A stretch of 64,000 bases of DNA from the human T2T-CHM13v2.0 reference genome, Homo sapiens, in NCBI RefSeq assembly GCF_009914755.1, contig NC_060939.1; one strand, 5' to 3'. Positions 1 to 17,051 of the stretch are shown here, piece by piece (the first letter of the stretch is position 1; each line of letters begins with the position of its first letter). The position numbers and the translations under genes were made by a program. The notes below the pieces were generated by a model that was given only the letters and a program-made list of their open reading frames with translations, did not search any database and was not told the DNA's origin.

Positions 1-345
<345 letters not shown>

Positions 346-1463
346 GTATGTTCTTTCCTTTCTCACTTCCCTTCCCATTTTAGGAAATGAATACCAGTAG
401 TTTAGTGAAATGGGGAGCAGGGTTTGTGGAGAGAAGAAGATAAAAACCAAAGGGGAATAATAGAGTTCTTTTATTTGGAACAGAGCCCAGGTTTTAGCTG
501 CAGAGGAATGGGAAAGTCAGAGACCCCAAGTTGAGTCAGGGCCCTGCCATTTATTAGCGGTGTGATCTTGAACAAGTCTCTTCACTTCTTCGAGTTCTGG
601 TGTTCTCATGTGTTAAATGAAGGTCTGGACTAAGTGATCCTTCCAGCTCTGATATTCTCTGGTTTTAGTGATGGCAGAGGAATATGGCACCCATTGAGAA
701 CAGAGTTACATAGAGTGGTTGAAGCCCCCACCAGGGGTTACTTTCATGTGACTTTGCCACAGTTGCAGGTGAGAAAAATAGAAATCAGAAAGGGTGAAGG
801 CAGCTGGCCTTCAGAAAGAATGCTGCAGATATCATCAAAACTTCCCTTCCCTTAGAGCCTGAGGAAGCTTCTCTCATAAGCAGGGAGAGAATCCAATAGA
901 TGGGGTATTTTGGCTTCTGGAATTACACTTAGCTCTGGTGGCTTGAGCTTCTTGATTTCCGTGCGCAGATGCTCAGTTGTTTTGAGAAAGCATGAATAAT
1001 AACCAGTGGTACAGTGGGCAGAGAACCTGTCATGGAGCTTCCTTTGGAGAAAAGGGACAGGACATGTAGACAAACAATGAGCTGGAATGGCCTATAAGAA
1101 TTTGAGTTTAGTTGGGAAGACTCCCCAAATTGACCCCTGTGAAAAAATCTGTAACTGATCCAATACAGTTCTGATCTTGATGCAGGTGTTTCTAAAACCG
1201 GGGTCTGCTGAGCCAGGACAGTCATTTTCATGGGAGGAAAATTTATAAGCTGAGGGTAATTGGATGCAGTACCCTTGAGAGGGTGATTGGACATAGTACC
1301 TTGCATGATGTGGCTGTGGCAGGAGGTTCATGCTAGTTCCCTCCAGCCTAACCAGGAACTATTTGCCTTTCTTATCCTGATATCCTCCTGTATCATTCAC
1401 TGGGGGAATCAGAGAAGGACATTATGTCCTTACCAGTTCTCCATGCCAGCCGTTGGTCTAGAT

Positions 1464-1986
1464 CAACCTTTTTGGCACCAGGGACCAATTTTGTGGAAGG
1501 CACTTTTTCCACAGATGGTGGAATGGGGATGGTTTCAGGGTGATTCAAATGCATTACATTTGTTGTGCACTTTATTTCTGTTATTATTACATTGTAATAT
1601 ATAATGAATACAACTCACCATAATGTAGAATCAGTGAGAGCCCTGAGCTTGTTTTCTTGCAACTAGACAGTCCCATCTGGGGGTGATGGGAGACAGTGAC
1701 AGATCATCAGGCATTATAGTCTCATAAAGAGTGAGCAACCTAGATTCCTTGCATGCACAATTCACAATAGAGTTCACGCTCCTATGTGAATCTTGTGCCA
1801 ATGCTGATCTGACAGGAGGCAGGGCTTAGGCAGTAATGCAAGTGATGGAGAGCGAGTCTGGAGAGCGAGTCTAAATATAGGTGAAGTTTCACTCACTTGC
1901 CCACCACTCAGCTCCTCCTGTGTGGCCCGATTCCCAACAGGCCATGGACCAGTATCAGTCCATGGCCCAGGAGTTGGAGACCCCTG
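1464..1986 (+). mobile_element. MER1A-type hAT-Charlie DNA transposon
   Basis: caacctttttggcaccaggg...gttggagacccctg; 8-bp TSD GTCTAGAT at 1456-1463 and 1987-1994. Confidence 0.85.
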
Positions 1987-2136
1987 GTCTAGATGTTCCC
2001 TTTGCATCAGGACTTGCAGGACCAGAGAAAGAAGGAGAATAAATATATCCTGCAGCTTCTATGTACGGCGCCCCTGGCATGGTGCTGCTTCAGGGAACAG
2101 AAGAGGGCATTCTCACATTTTCACTTTCTCTCCTAG

Positions 2137-2301
2137 CCTGTTTACAAACTGACCCAGAGGCAGGTAAACATTACAGTACAGAAGAAAGTGAGTCAGTGGT
2201 GGGAGAGACTCACAAAGCAGGAAAAGCGACCACTGTTTTTGGCTCCTGACTTTGATCGTTGGCTGGATGAATCTGATGCGGAAATGGAGCTCAGAGCTAA
2301 G
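2137..2301 (+). CDS. HACD3: HACD3 exon (probable 4), end of CS/p23-like domain
   Basis: tcctag|CCTGTT...GCTAAG|gttagt; 165 nt, PVYKLTQRQVNITVQKKVSQWWERLTKQEKRPLFLAPDFDRWLDESDAEMELRAK; p23-like WxRLTK...DFxxWxD signature. Confidence 0.96.
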
Positions 2302-2429
2302 GTTAGTAAGGATCCTAGGATCTAGCCATTGAGGACAAATCATGGGGAACCCACGTTATTCAGGCCACTTCAGATACCTCTCGGTCTGAAAGAATAGCTA
2401 CAAAGTTACAAATTCATTTAAAGACCTGG

Positions 2430-3665
2430 TGATGTGATTTTCAAGAAGTATTGGCTATGTATTTTATAGACTTTCCTTCGGTTGAAATCTGTCTGATGTT
2501 TCTCTTACAACTAGACTAAGGTGATAGATGTTGAGGAGAAGACCACTGAAGTAAAGTGCAATTCTTATCACATCATATCAAGAGTACATACGGCCGGGCA
2601 CGGTGGCTCACACCTGTAATCCCAGCACTTTGGGAGGCCAAGGTGCGTGGATCACGAGGTCAGGAGATTGAGACCATCCTGGCTAGCACAGTGAAACCCT
2701 GTCTCTACTAAAAATACAAAAAATTAGCCGGGCGTGGTGGTGCATGCCTGTAGTCGGAGCTGCTCAGGAGGCTGAGGCAGGAGAATGGCGTGAACTCGGG
2801 AGGCGGGGCTTGCCGTGAGCCGAGATCACGCCACTGCACTCCAGCCTGGGCAACAGAGCGAGAGTCTCAAAAAAAAAAAAAAAAAGTACATACTGTCAAC
2901 GTGACACATCACTGTTGATATTAACCATGGGTTAGCTGGCTTGAGGTGACGCTTATCAGGTTTCTCTACCATAAGGTTATTTTCCTCTTGGCTCTCCTTG
3001 GAAGGAAGTCACTATGTGTAGCCTACATTTAAGGAGCAGGGAGTTATGCTTCCTGTCCTTTAGATGGAGGGAGTATCTACATAATTTATTTGGAATTCTT
3101 CTGCATAGGAGAATAATTATGCATGTCTATTGTCTCCCATTTATTTATTCAATCATTTATATCATGTGAGTACATGGGTATTTATTTTATACTTTGAGTT
3201 ATAATCTAATATTATTTATTTTGTTGCTCAAATTCTTCCAGCTTTGGCACTAACTGGCCTTTGGTTATGTCCTCATCCTGCCCATCTTTCATTTGGCTTT
3301 TGTATCTTTTTGAGAAAGCGCCATCATTATGGGACTGTTTTTTTTTTTTTTTTGAGCACTTCCTTACTTTCTGGCAGTATAAGCTGCTCCAGGCTTATCT
3401 TGCATGTATGTTTCCTGCTCCAGCCCTGGAACAGCCATTTCTTCAAGCATCTCTGTTCTTATTGTGGAATAGCATTGGAAACCAAGATCTGGGTGCCGGG
3501 TATGCTCATTGCTACCAGGTTGCCATTGCCTTTAAGTTCTCTTCACTGACAGAACAAGAAAATATATGTTTGGATAGTAACCCATGCATACACATACACC
3601 TGTAAATATTTCTGTATGGATCCATCTGTATCTCTGTTAAGCTAAACGTGAGTTCATAGTGATGT
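2430..3665 (-). mobile_element. Old L1 (L1MC/ME-like) 3' fragment interrupted by an Alu
   Basis: Decayed L1 3'UTR phrases (ttgttgctcaaatt..ccagctttgg; tagaaaccaagatctgggtg-like). Confidence 0.6.
2592..2885 (+). mobile_element. AluY-like
   Basis: Full dimer, TSD ~AGTACATAC. Confidence 0.9.
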
Positions 3666-4076
3666 TGGAAACATGATCTTAGCTTCTGGAAAAATTATAC
3701 TAAAATTCTAGAAGTCTTGAAAAATAAAATAGCAGTCTACCTCCTGCCTTAAACTTCTGTTTTATTTCTCTGACTGCGACAGATCTTCTGGATGTCCTTT
3801 CCAGCTTTAAGATTCCAAGGTCACTTGTCAGTTTGGAAGCCAGCTCACTGGGTTAATTTTGTGAACAATGGATGGGCACCTGTGATGCTAATGCTGCTTA
3901 GTAAGCAGGAGTCAGGCGTTTGGCCCTATGACCTAGAATATTCTCCCAATGATGCACTGACCCCAACTGGAGGAGTTGGCTTTGAGGGAGTCAGATTACT
4001 CAGCCAGCATATGGACTTTTGCAAGCATCTGGGAATTCTAACTTGTGTTCTTGGAAAACTTTTGTCTAAATTCTAG

Positions 4077-4128
4077 GAAGAAGAGCGCCTAAATAAACTC
4101 CGACTGGAAAGCGAAGGCTCTCCTGAAA
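4077..4128 (+). CDS. HACD3: HACD3 exon (probable 5)
   Basis: ttctag|GAAGAA...CCTGAAA|gtaagt; 52 nt, EEERLNKLRLESEGSPE. Confidence 0.95.
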
Positions 4129-5444
4129 GTAAGTTGTGCTGCTGCCATGGTAGTTACCAGTTAACTTGTGCTAGTGTTGGAAGTATGGATAATTGTGATG
4201 TGGCAGGAGAGCTAATGATTTCATCCCGGTGAGCTGTGTGGGTGAGTTTATGAAAAAGCTTTTAGGTCCAGTGCTTAAGGTCTGCACTACCCACGTCAGA
4301 ATCCTTACCTTTAATGTGTCCTTTGTGTTTTGGTTGTTATTTCATGAGTACACCAAGGCTAGTGTAGCAGAATGAAAGAACTCCTGGACTGGCCTCATGG
4401 CAGATGGCAACCAAATCCTGCAGAGACTTGTGGAAATGATTGCATGGATCCAAGGCTACACTCCTTCAGCCTGGTGTTTTTCTCCCAGCTGAAATCTCAA
4501 AGGCTGTATGATACATAAGTGTGGTTGTCAGCCTGAAAGATGGAGAGTATTCTGTGTAGTCCTGCTATTCATTAACCTTTAACAAATCAATTTCTGTTTC
4601 CGTCTAACCACTTTAAGCAGGAAGCTCTGTAAGTGTATTATCTTCTGGGTGATGTAGTTAGATTAAATTCAGCAGCTATCTGTTAAAGTCATGCTGTGTG
4701 GCAAGCATTGTGCTGGGCCCTTGACTAAGAGCCAGAGGGATCCATCGTAGCGCCTATACTCAAAAGGGCTTACATTCTTAGTGAGGGAACTGCAGGTGTA
4801 TGTAAAACTACCTCTGAAAAGCAGAATGAAATAAGTCCTTCTTACTTGTTCTAAGTTGAAATTTTTCAAATTTTAGTGGTACTTATCTAGCATGCCATAA
4901 ATAAGGGAGGGGAAAGTTTTGGAGCAGTAGTTTTCAAACTGTGTTCCATGGTGCCCCAGGGGGTTCCCAGAGATGCTTTGGAGGAGTAGATCACACAAAC
5001 AGGTCTACCTCAGTCAGAGCAGCTCTCTTTTGAGTGTTATGTGTTGGCATTCCGAATAAGGTTTCTTTTGAGAAGGAATTTTAAAAAATATTTGAATAGC
5101 GACTACCTTAGGGGAATATTCTTTCAGGAAAGCCGAGGAGGGGAGAGGTTCAGTGGAGGCAAAGAATAACAACATAAAAAAGCCACTTTGAGATTTAAAT
5201 TAATGTTTTGGTGTCTTAAAGGGATAAACTTCAAAAATAGATAAAAATTCTAATATATGGATTTTTTGGGTGTTAGGTAAAGCTTTAACTGTTTTACCTA
5301 AATTCATAAAGTTTTCTGAACAAGGAAGTTCTTTATGGTGGGGAAGTGTAATAGATTTTTGTAGTTTTGAAGAAATAACTTTTAATTAGCTAAATGTTGC
5401 TAGAAGTCTGACATTTTTTGGAGTCTTAGGATAAGGCTGTGTTG

Positions 5445-6906
<1,462 letters not shown>

Positions 6907-6958
6907 TTATTTCCTTTTTGTAATGCCTCTTCAGATGGCCACTCATTTTTTTGCCAGG

Positions 6959-7884
6959 TGTTATGGAAAAAATACAACACTACAACACTCAACTGCTTTT
7001 TCCTATTTTCTTACTCAACAACAATCAACACAGAAGACTTCTGTGACCAAGTGGGTGGGTTTTTTCCCCCACATACCAAGCAAGCAATGAGTTCTGCAGC
7101 AGACACCAGCTGGGTGCCCTCTGGTTCAATTCTGACACTGTTTACCTAGAGATAGCATCAGGTTCCCACAGATGGAGGGCTCAGTCCCCAAGACACACCC
7201 CTGCCCCCAGCCTGTCCCGAGTCTGAACCTCCAGAACTTGTGACCAATAGGCTGTAAATTACGGTTCCCACAACCCGCTCCTGTGGTTTGATTGATTTGC
7301 TAGCGTGGCTCCACAGAACTCAGGGAAACACATTTGTTCATTTATTATAAGGGATATTATGAAGGATACAGATGAAGAGATTAGGAGGAAGTATGGAGGA
7401 AGTGGCGCGGAGCTTCCATGCCCTCCCCAGGTGTGCCACCCTCCAGGAACCTCCGTGTGTTCAGCTGTCTGGAAGCTGACTAAACCCTGTCCCCTTGGGC
7501 CTTTTATGGAGACTTCATCGGATAGGCATGACTGAAGCGTGTTGAACTGTGTTGAAATGTGATTGGACAAAAAGGGTCTGACCTAAACCCAGCAAGGCCT
7601 GTCTGTCCAGATTCTTCTCAGCCTCTCTGTGCAGTGTTCCCTCCTCCAGAGTATGAGGCAAGACCCTCTCTGGAATGAGGGTCTTAGGACCCACAATCAG
7701 ATTAGAGTCGTGCCTTGGGCAGCTGAAAGGAAGGCAGGGAAGGTCATAGAGGGAGATTCTGTTGTCTGAGGCCTAAAGTGTCCCAACATTATAACAAAAA
7801 ACTGTAACAAGGGCTGTGGGAGTTATAAGCCAGAAACCGTTGCCGAAAACCTATATATACATATACACATATCATAATATCACA
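6959..7884 (-). mobile_element. MER21-family solo LTR (ERVL)
   Basis: TG...CA ends; 5-bp TSD CCAGG at 6954-6958 and 7885-7889; minus strand begins tgtgatattatgat. Confidence 0.75.
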
Positions 7885-8170
7885 CCAGGGGTAATATTTT
7901 TTTCTTGGGTTTGTTATGTCTGTATACCTATTCTTCAAGGCTGGGAAAGGAAGTCCTGCTGAAAATACATGCTGGAGAGCAATGTTCCTTGTATGTTTCT
8001 CTGTGGGAGTAGGAGCCCAGGCTGGTGAGGACCTGGACCAGGTATTTGTGTGGGAGCTTAGGAGCATTCAGGAAGGAAAAAGGGTTGAAGTCATCCAGAT
8101 ATGCCTCATACACCTGTCTCCTGCTGGGACTATTGCTTTTAATAGCTTACTGCTTTGCTTTGCTTTACAG

Positions 8171-8281
8171 CTCTTACAAACTTAAGGAAAGGATACCTGT
8201 TTATGTATAATCTTGTGCAATTCTTGGGATTCTCCTGGATCTTTGTCAACCTGACTGTGCGATTCTGTATCTTGGGAAAAG
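8171..8281 (+). CDS. HACD3: HACD3 exon (probable 6), first TM segment; ends at a GC donor
   Basis: ttacag|CTCTT...GGAAAAG|gcaagt; 111 nt, (T)LTNLRKGYLFMYNLVQFLGFSWIFVNLTVRFCILGK; only the GC donor keeps frame with the next exon. Confidence 0.93.
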
Positions 8282-8917
8282 GCAAGTAAGACATTTTTGG
8301 ATTAATTTTCCCTTTCTCAGTAGTTTGGCCCAGTATTCACCAAAGGGAGCACTCTCTGCCTTTGATGTTAATAATAACCCCTGCATTTGTGCAGCACCCT
8401 CTACTTTTCGTTGTGCTTTCATAGCTCTTATTTCCCATGGCCTTGTGAAATAAGCTGACTGGTATTCTTTCCATATAACAGGTAATAAAATATAGGCCTA
8501 GAGATGGTCAAAAATGGTTCACATCCATAGCTAGCCAGAGCCACATCTTGGGCTAGAATCCTTTTGTAAAAATGTTCACTAACAACTAAATAAATTGATG
8601 TGATACTTCCAGTGCCAAAGTTATGCAAGGCCAAAAGGGTTCTCACCCTTTTGGAGCCTAAATACGTTCTAAAATGAACTATTCTAAAACAGAATAAAAA
8701 GAGCATCATGAAGATATTAGTTCTTCTTAAATTAATTTATGTGTTTAGCAGGATTCTGGCTTTGACCAGTGGCATTCCATTGGTAAATGCCAATGGGAAA
8801 TTTTTGAGAATTTGATCTAAAGTATTCTGAAACTTTATTTGATGAATAAATAGGTAATAAAATTTAGGAGAAGAAAGATTAATGGGAGAGGATTTTTCTA
8901 CCTGATAATGAAAGTAT

Positions 8918-9434
<517 letters not shown>

Positions 9435-9611
9435 TCATGACCCCATTGGCCTGCACCCTTCCTGCTTAGTTAAGTAAGAAACTTGAATCTGACTGGATGT
9501 TTGTTATTCCTTTCTTACAGTTATTTTCACGAAAGGAGTAATCTAGTTTGAGAAATAGTTCTGTTGGAATTTACCAACTGATTCACCCTTAATGTATATT
9601 TTTGCCTATAG

Positions 9612-9739
9612 AGTCCTTTTATGACACATTCCATACTGTGGCTGACATGATGTATTTCTGCCAGATGCTGGCAGTTGTGGAAACTATCAATGCAGCAATT
9701 GGAGTCACTACGTCACCGGTGCTGCCTTCTCTGATCCAG
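9612..9739 (+). CDS. HACD3: HACD3 exon (probable 7)
   Basis: ctatag|AGTCC...ATCCAG|gtattg; 128 nt, (E)SFYDTFHTVADMMYFCQMLAVVETINAAIGVTTSPVLPSLIQ. Confidence 0.95.
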
Positions 9740-9802
9740 GTATTGAATAGTTAAGCTGAAGGGTGGGTAATGGAAGGTCCCATTATTTGTCTAGTGGGTA
9801 TG

Positions 9803-12085
9803 TGTATTAGTCCATTTTCATGCTGCTCATAAAGACATACCTGAGACTGGGCAGTTTACAAAAGAAAGAGGTTTAATTGGACTTACAGTTCCATGTGGCT
9901 GGGAAGGTCTCACGATCATGGTGGAGGGCGAAAGGCACTTCTTACGTGGTGGCGGCAAGAGAGAATGAGGAAGAAGCAAAAGCAGAAACTCCTGATAAAC
10001 CCATCAGATCTCGTGAGACTTATTCACTATCCTGAGAATAGCATGGGAAAGACCGGCCGCACTGATTCATTTACCTCCCCCTAGGTCCCTGCCACAACAC
10101 GTGGGAATCCTGGGAGATACAATTAAAGTTGAAATTTGAATGGGGACACAGCCAAACCATATCATTCTAGCCGTGGCCCCTCCAAATCTCATACCCTCAC
10201 ATTTCAAAACCAATCATGCCTTCTCAACAGTCCCCCAAAGTCTTATTTCAGCATTAACCCCAAAGTCCACAGTCCAAAGTCTCATCTGAGACAAGGCAAG
10301 TCCCTTCTGCCTTTGAGCCTGTAAAATCAAAGCACACTAGTTACTTCCTAGATACAAGGGGAGTACTGGCATTGGGTAAATACAGCCGTTCCAAATGGGA
10401 GAAATTGGCCAAAATAAAGGGGTTACAGTGCCCATGCAAGTCTGAAATCCAGTGGGGCGGTCAAACTTTAAAGCTCCAAAATGATCTCCTTTGACTCCAG
10501 GTCTCACATCCAGGTCACGCTGATGCAAAAGGTGGGTTCCCATGGTCTTAGGCAGCTCCACTCCTGTGACTTTGCAGGGAGCAGCCTCCCTCCCGGCTGC
10601 TTTCACCGGCTGGCATTGAGTGTCTGCAGCTTTTCCAGGTGCATGGTGCAAGCTGTCAGTGGATCTACCACTTTGGGGTCTGGAGGATGGCGGCCTCTTC
10701 TCACAGCTCCACTAGGCAGTGCCCCAGTAGGGATTCTGTGTGGGGGCTCCAACCCCATGTTTCCCTTCCTCACTGCCCTAGCAGAGGTTCTCCATGAGGG
10801 CCCCATCCCTGCAGCAAACTTTTGCCTGGGCATCCAGGCATTTCCATACATCTTCTGAAATCTGGGCGGAGGTTTCCAAACCTCAATTCTTGACTTCTCT
10901 GCACCCACAGGCTCACCACCACGTGGAAGCTGCCAAGGCTTGGGGCTTGCACCCTCTGAAGCCACAGCCTGAGCTGTACATTGGCCCCTCTCAGCCAAGG
11001 CTGGAGCAGCTGGGACACAGGGCACCAAATCCCTAGGTTGCACACAGCACAGGGACCCTGGGCCTCCGCGCCTGTGATGGGAGGGACTGCCATGAAGGCC
11101 TCTGACATGGTCTGGTTACATTTTCCCCATGGTCTTGGGGATTACATTGGGGATTACGTTAGGCTCCTTGCTACTTGTGCAAATTTCTGCAGCCAGCTTG
11201 AGGTTCTCCTCAAAAAATGGGTTTTTCTTTTCTACTGAATCATCAGGCTGCAAATTTTCCAAACTTTTATGCTGTTTCTCTTTTAAAACGGAATGCTTTT
11301 AACAGCACCCAAGTCACCTCTTGAATGCTTTTCTGCTTAGAAATTTCTCCTGCCAGATACCCTAAATCATCTCTCTCAAGTTCAGAGTTCTACAGATCTC
11401 TAGGGCAGGGGCAAAATGCTGCCAGTCTCTTTGCTAAAATATAACAAGAGTCACCTTTGCTCCAGTTCACCTTTGCTTCCAAGAGGTTCTTCATCTCCAT
11501 CTGAGACTACCTCAGCCTGGACTTTATTGTTCATATCACTATCAGCATTTTTGTCGAAGCCATTCAACAAATCTCTACGAGGTTCCAAACTTACCTACAT
11601 TTTCCTATCTTCTTCTGAGCCCTCCAAACTGTTCCAACCTCTGTCTGTTACCCAGTTCCAAGGTCACTTCCACATTTTCGGGTATCTTTTCAGCAACATC
11701 CAACTTTACTGGTACCAATTTACTGTATTAGTCCGTTTTCCCACTGCTGATAAAGACATACCTGAAACCAGGCCGTTTACAAAAGAAAGAGGTTTAATTG
11801 GATTTACAGTTCCATGTGGCGGGGGAAGGTCTCACAATTGTGGTGCAGGGCGAAAGGCACTTCTTACATGGCGGTGGCAAGAGAGAATGAGGAAGAAACA
11901 AAAGCGGAAACCCCTGATAAGCCCGCCAGATCTTGTGAGACTTATTTACTAACATGGGAATAGCACGGGAAGACCAGCCCCCATGATTCAGTTACCTCCC
12001 CCTGGGTCCCTTCCACAACATGTGGGAATTCTAGGAGATACAATTCAAGCTGACATTTGAATGGGGACACAGCCAAACCATATCT
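9803..12085 (-). mobile_element. Complete THE1 (THE1A-like) MaLR element: LTR 9803-10164, internal 10165-11723, LTR 11724-12085
   Basis: Two ~362-bp direct-repeat LTRs (minus strand TGATATGGTTTGGCTGTGTCCCC); TSD GTATG at 9798-9802 and 12086-12090. Confidence 0.92.
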
Positions 12086-12437
12086 GTATGTTACATTTTG
12101 CTAAGAAGTCTCAATTAGTAAAAACACCTATTTGTACAGGAATAGCATTATTTTACCTGAACAAGAAAGAACATTTAAAACCCCAGGGTTATTTACCAAA
12201 GTAGACTTTTACTATTTCAGGTCTTTTTCATTTTTTATAATATCCTTATGAAATCACAAAGTTATAAAGAGCTTTAAGACTAGGGAAATTTGACTCTTAG
12301 GCAGGAGCTGAAAAACCTACCTTCAGTCTCCTTAGTTAGAAATGTATGTGGTCTCCTCCCACCTTGTGTAGATGAAGGCAGTACTTCTTAAAAACTTGTA
12401 TTAATGAAAAGTACAATAATCAAACTTTAAAATTTAC

Positions 12438-15127
<2,690 letters not shown>

Positions 15128-15487
15128 TTATTAACACATGATAGTAGTTATTTATAGGGGTCCCACGTTTGTAGTGCTCTATTTCTTAACTTGGGTTATA
15201 TAAACTCAAATGTTTATTTGGCAGTATTCTTTAGACTGCGTTTGAACATGTGTCTGTATTTTAAAGAAATGATTTATGATATAGTTACACAAAATACTGT
15301 ACCTGTCTAGTCACAAAGACTGGTTTGGGCACTTTACTTGTTCCAGAACTGGAGCAGGATTAAACTGGTCGAGGTCAATCTTTTCTATTTGCCTTGCATT
15401 TAGTGGGGTTAGATTTCAGATAACACATTTCTATAACTTTACATATATTTTATTAACTTTTTTCTCTCTTTTGGGTCTTTCTAATAG

Positions 15488-15600
15488 CTTCTTGGAAGAA
15501 ATTTTATTTTGTTTATCATCTTTGGCACCATGGAAGAAATGCAGAACAAAGCTGTGGTTTTCTTTGTGTTTTATTTGTGGAGTGCAATTGAAATTTTCAG
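15488..15600 (+). CDS. HACD3: HACD3 exon (probable 8)
   Basis: taatag|CTTCTT...TTTCAG|gtgggt; 113 nt, LLGRNFILFIIFGTMEEMQNKAVVFFVFYLWSAIEIF(R). Confidence 0.95.
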
Positions 15601-16370
15601 GTGGGTAGAAATGCCAGGATGGTGTTTGAATGCTGCTCCCTGTTTGCAGCAGCTCTGTTCTTGAGGGAGTTGTTATCTTAGCCAGAGTCTCATTTGGTTT
15701 GGGACTAAGATTACATATGTGGAGAATTCTGGTTGCACCTATGTGCTCTGCAAAGTTGAGACAGATTTTTTTAAAGCCGTCATTGGATCATAATACCAGA
15801 CTGGATACTAGGGAGCAGAAGAGGAGAACCAGAGAAAGGGAAGACTCATCTTACCATGACTTCAGGATCTTGCAGTCTTGGAAAGAGAGGACCCATCCAC
15901 ATGGAAAAATTCTTGAAAGGGCTGAAGAAACAGGAGGTTGAAGGAGCAATCCAGGTTGGATAGAACTAATTTAAGACTAAATTTCTACAAGGGATGATAG
16001 AAATGAATCTTATACCACAAGATTATTGAAGTTTGAAATGGCCTCTAACCCAATTTTCCCGTTCTCGGTTGTTAGTAGCATAAATATCTTTTAAGAAATG
16101 GATCTAGTTAAAGTAGATGTATTCTTCTTTACCAGACCATACACACTCCATATGTCTTCCCTTTCAGTCAGCTGGAGCAAGGATTTTGCAAATGAACTTC
16201 TCAGCTCCAGGTTTGGTGGTATTTTGACAAAGTTGCTAGTTGAGAGAGAGAACAGGCCATAGCAGCCTTAAATTGTGTCTTAACCATGGTCTGTGTCCCA
16301 TGGCACCCAGTGTACCCTCTAATAGCCTTAATACAAAGGTAAAACAGATTATAGGTCCTATGTTTTTCAA

Positions 16371-16470
16371 ATCAGACACGTAATGTGCTGATGTAACAAG
16401 GTTTGAGGGAAGCACATCTCACACAGGAGAGTGAAAATCCAGTTATCACACTTATGAGCTATAAAAGGAT
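16371..16470 (-). pseudogene. U13 (SNORD13) snoRNA retropseudogene
   Basis: Minus strand ATCCTTTTATAGCTCATAAGTGTGATAACTGG...GTGTGAGATGTGC...CCTTGTTAC...GCACATTAC..TCTGA matches recalled U13; box C mutated; decayed A tail; 15-bp TSD CAGATTATRGGTCCT at 16345-16359 and 16471-16485. Confidence 0.88.
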
Positions 16471-16944
16471 CAGATTATGGGTCCTTAATGCAATGTTTAC
16501 TGTTTGAGAAGGAACATTTATTTTCTCAAGGGATGTCTTTTAAAATAGCATATGTCTGATTCTAGATTAGAGGTCTTCTGTATACTTTAATTTTGGTAAC
16601 AACTCACTTATCCAGAAATAAAGTATCTAATATCCTTACCCACCGGGAATGTATATCAGCACTAGGAATAAAGCCAAAAAACATCTGAGTATCCAGTCCG
16701 TTTACCGAATAAAGAGGGTTCCTTTGAGACCTAAACTTAGTCTGCCATTAAAGAGCGTTCAGATCCTTTGAAAATTTAGGGCGCAGTGTGGCAGGAGTTT
16801 ATGGGTTGATAGCCAGCGTTATAATTCTGTTCTGAAGAAGCCATGTGTGGCTGAGAAATAGAATTCTTCTATTTAAATGATATTCTAAGGTTGCATTCGG
16901 AACCTGAAGTGGCTTTTCACATTGGAATCATTTATTTTCAATAG

Positions 16945-17051
16945 GTACTCTTTCTACATGCTGACGTGCATTGACATGGATTGGAAGGTGCTCACATGGC
17001 TTCGTTACACTCTGTGGATTCCCTTATATCCACTGGGATGTTTGGCGGAAG
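16945..17051 (+). CDS. HACD3: HACD3 exon (probable 9), PTPLA/Phs1 catalytic Tyr...Glu motif
   Basis: caatag|GTAC...GCGGAAG|gtactc; 107 nt, YSFYMLTCIDMDWKVLTWLRYTLWIPLYPLGCLAE; LYPLGxxxE is the HACD/Phs1 active-site motif. Confidence 0.96.

Noticed and set aside
9893-11952. Overlapping 80-178 aa ORFs on both strands
   Set aside because: They lie within the THE1 LTR and internal sequence, with no intact retroviral protein
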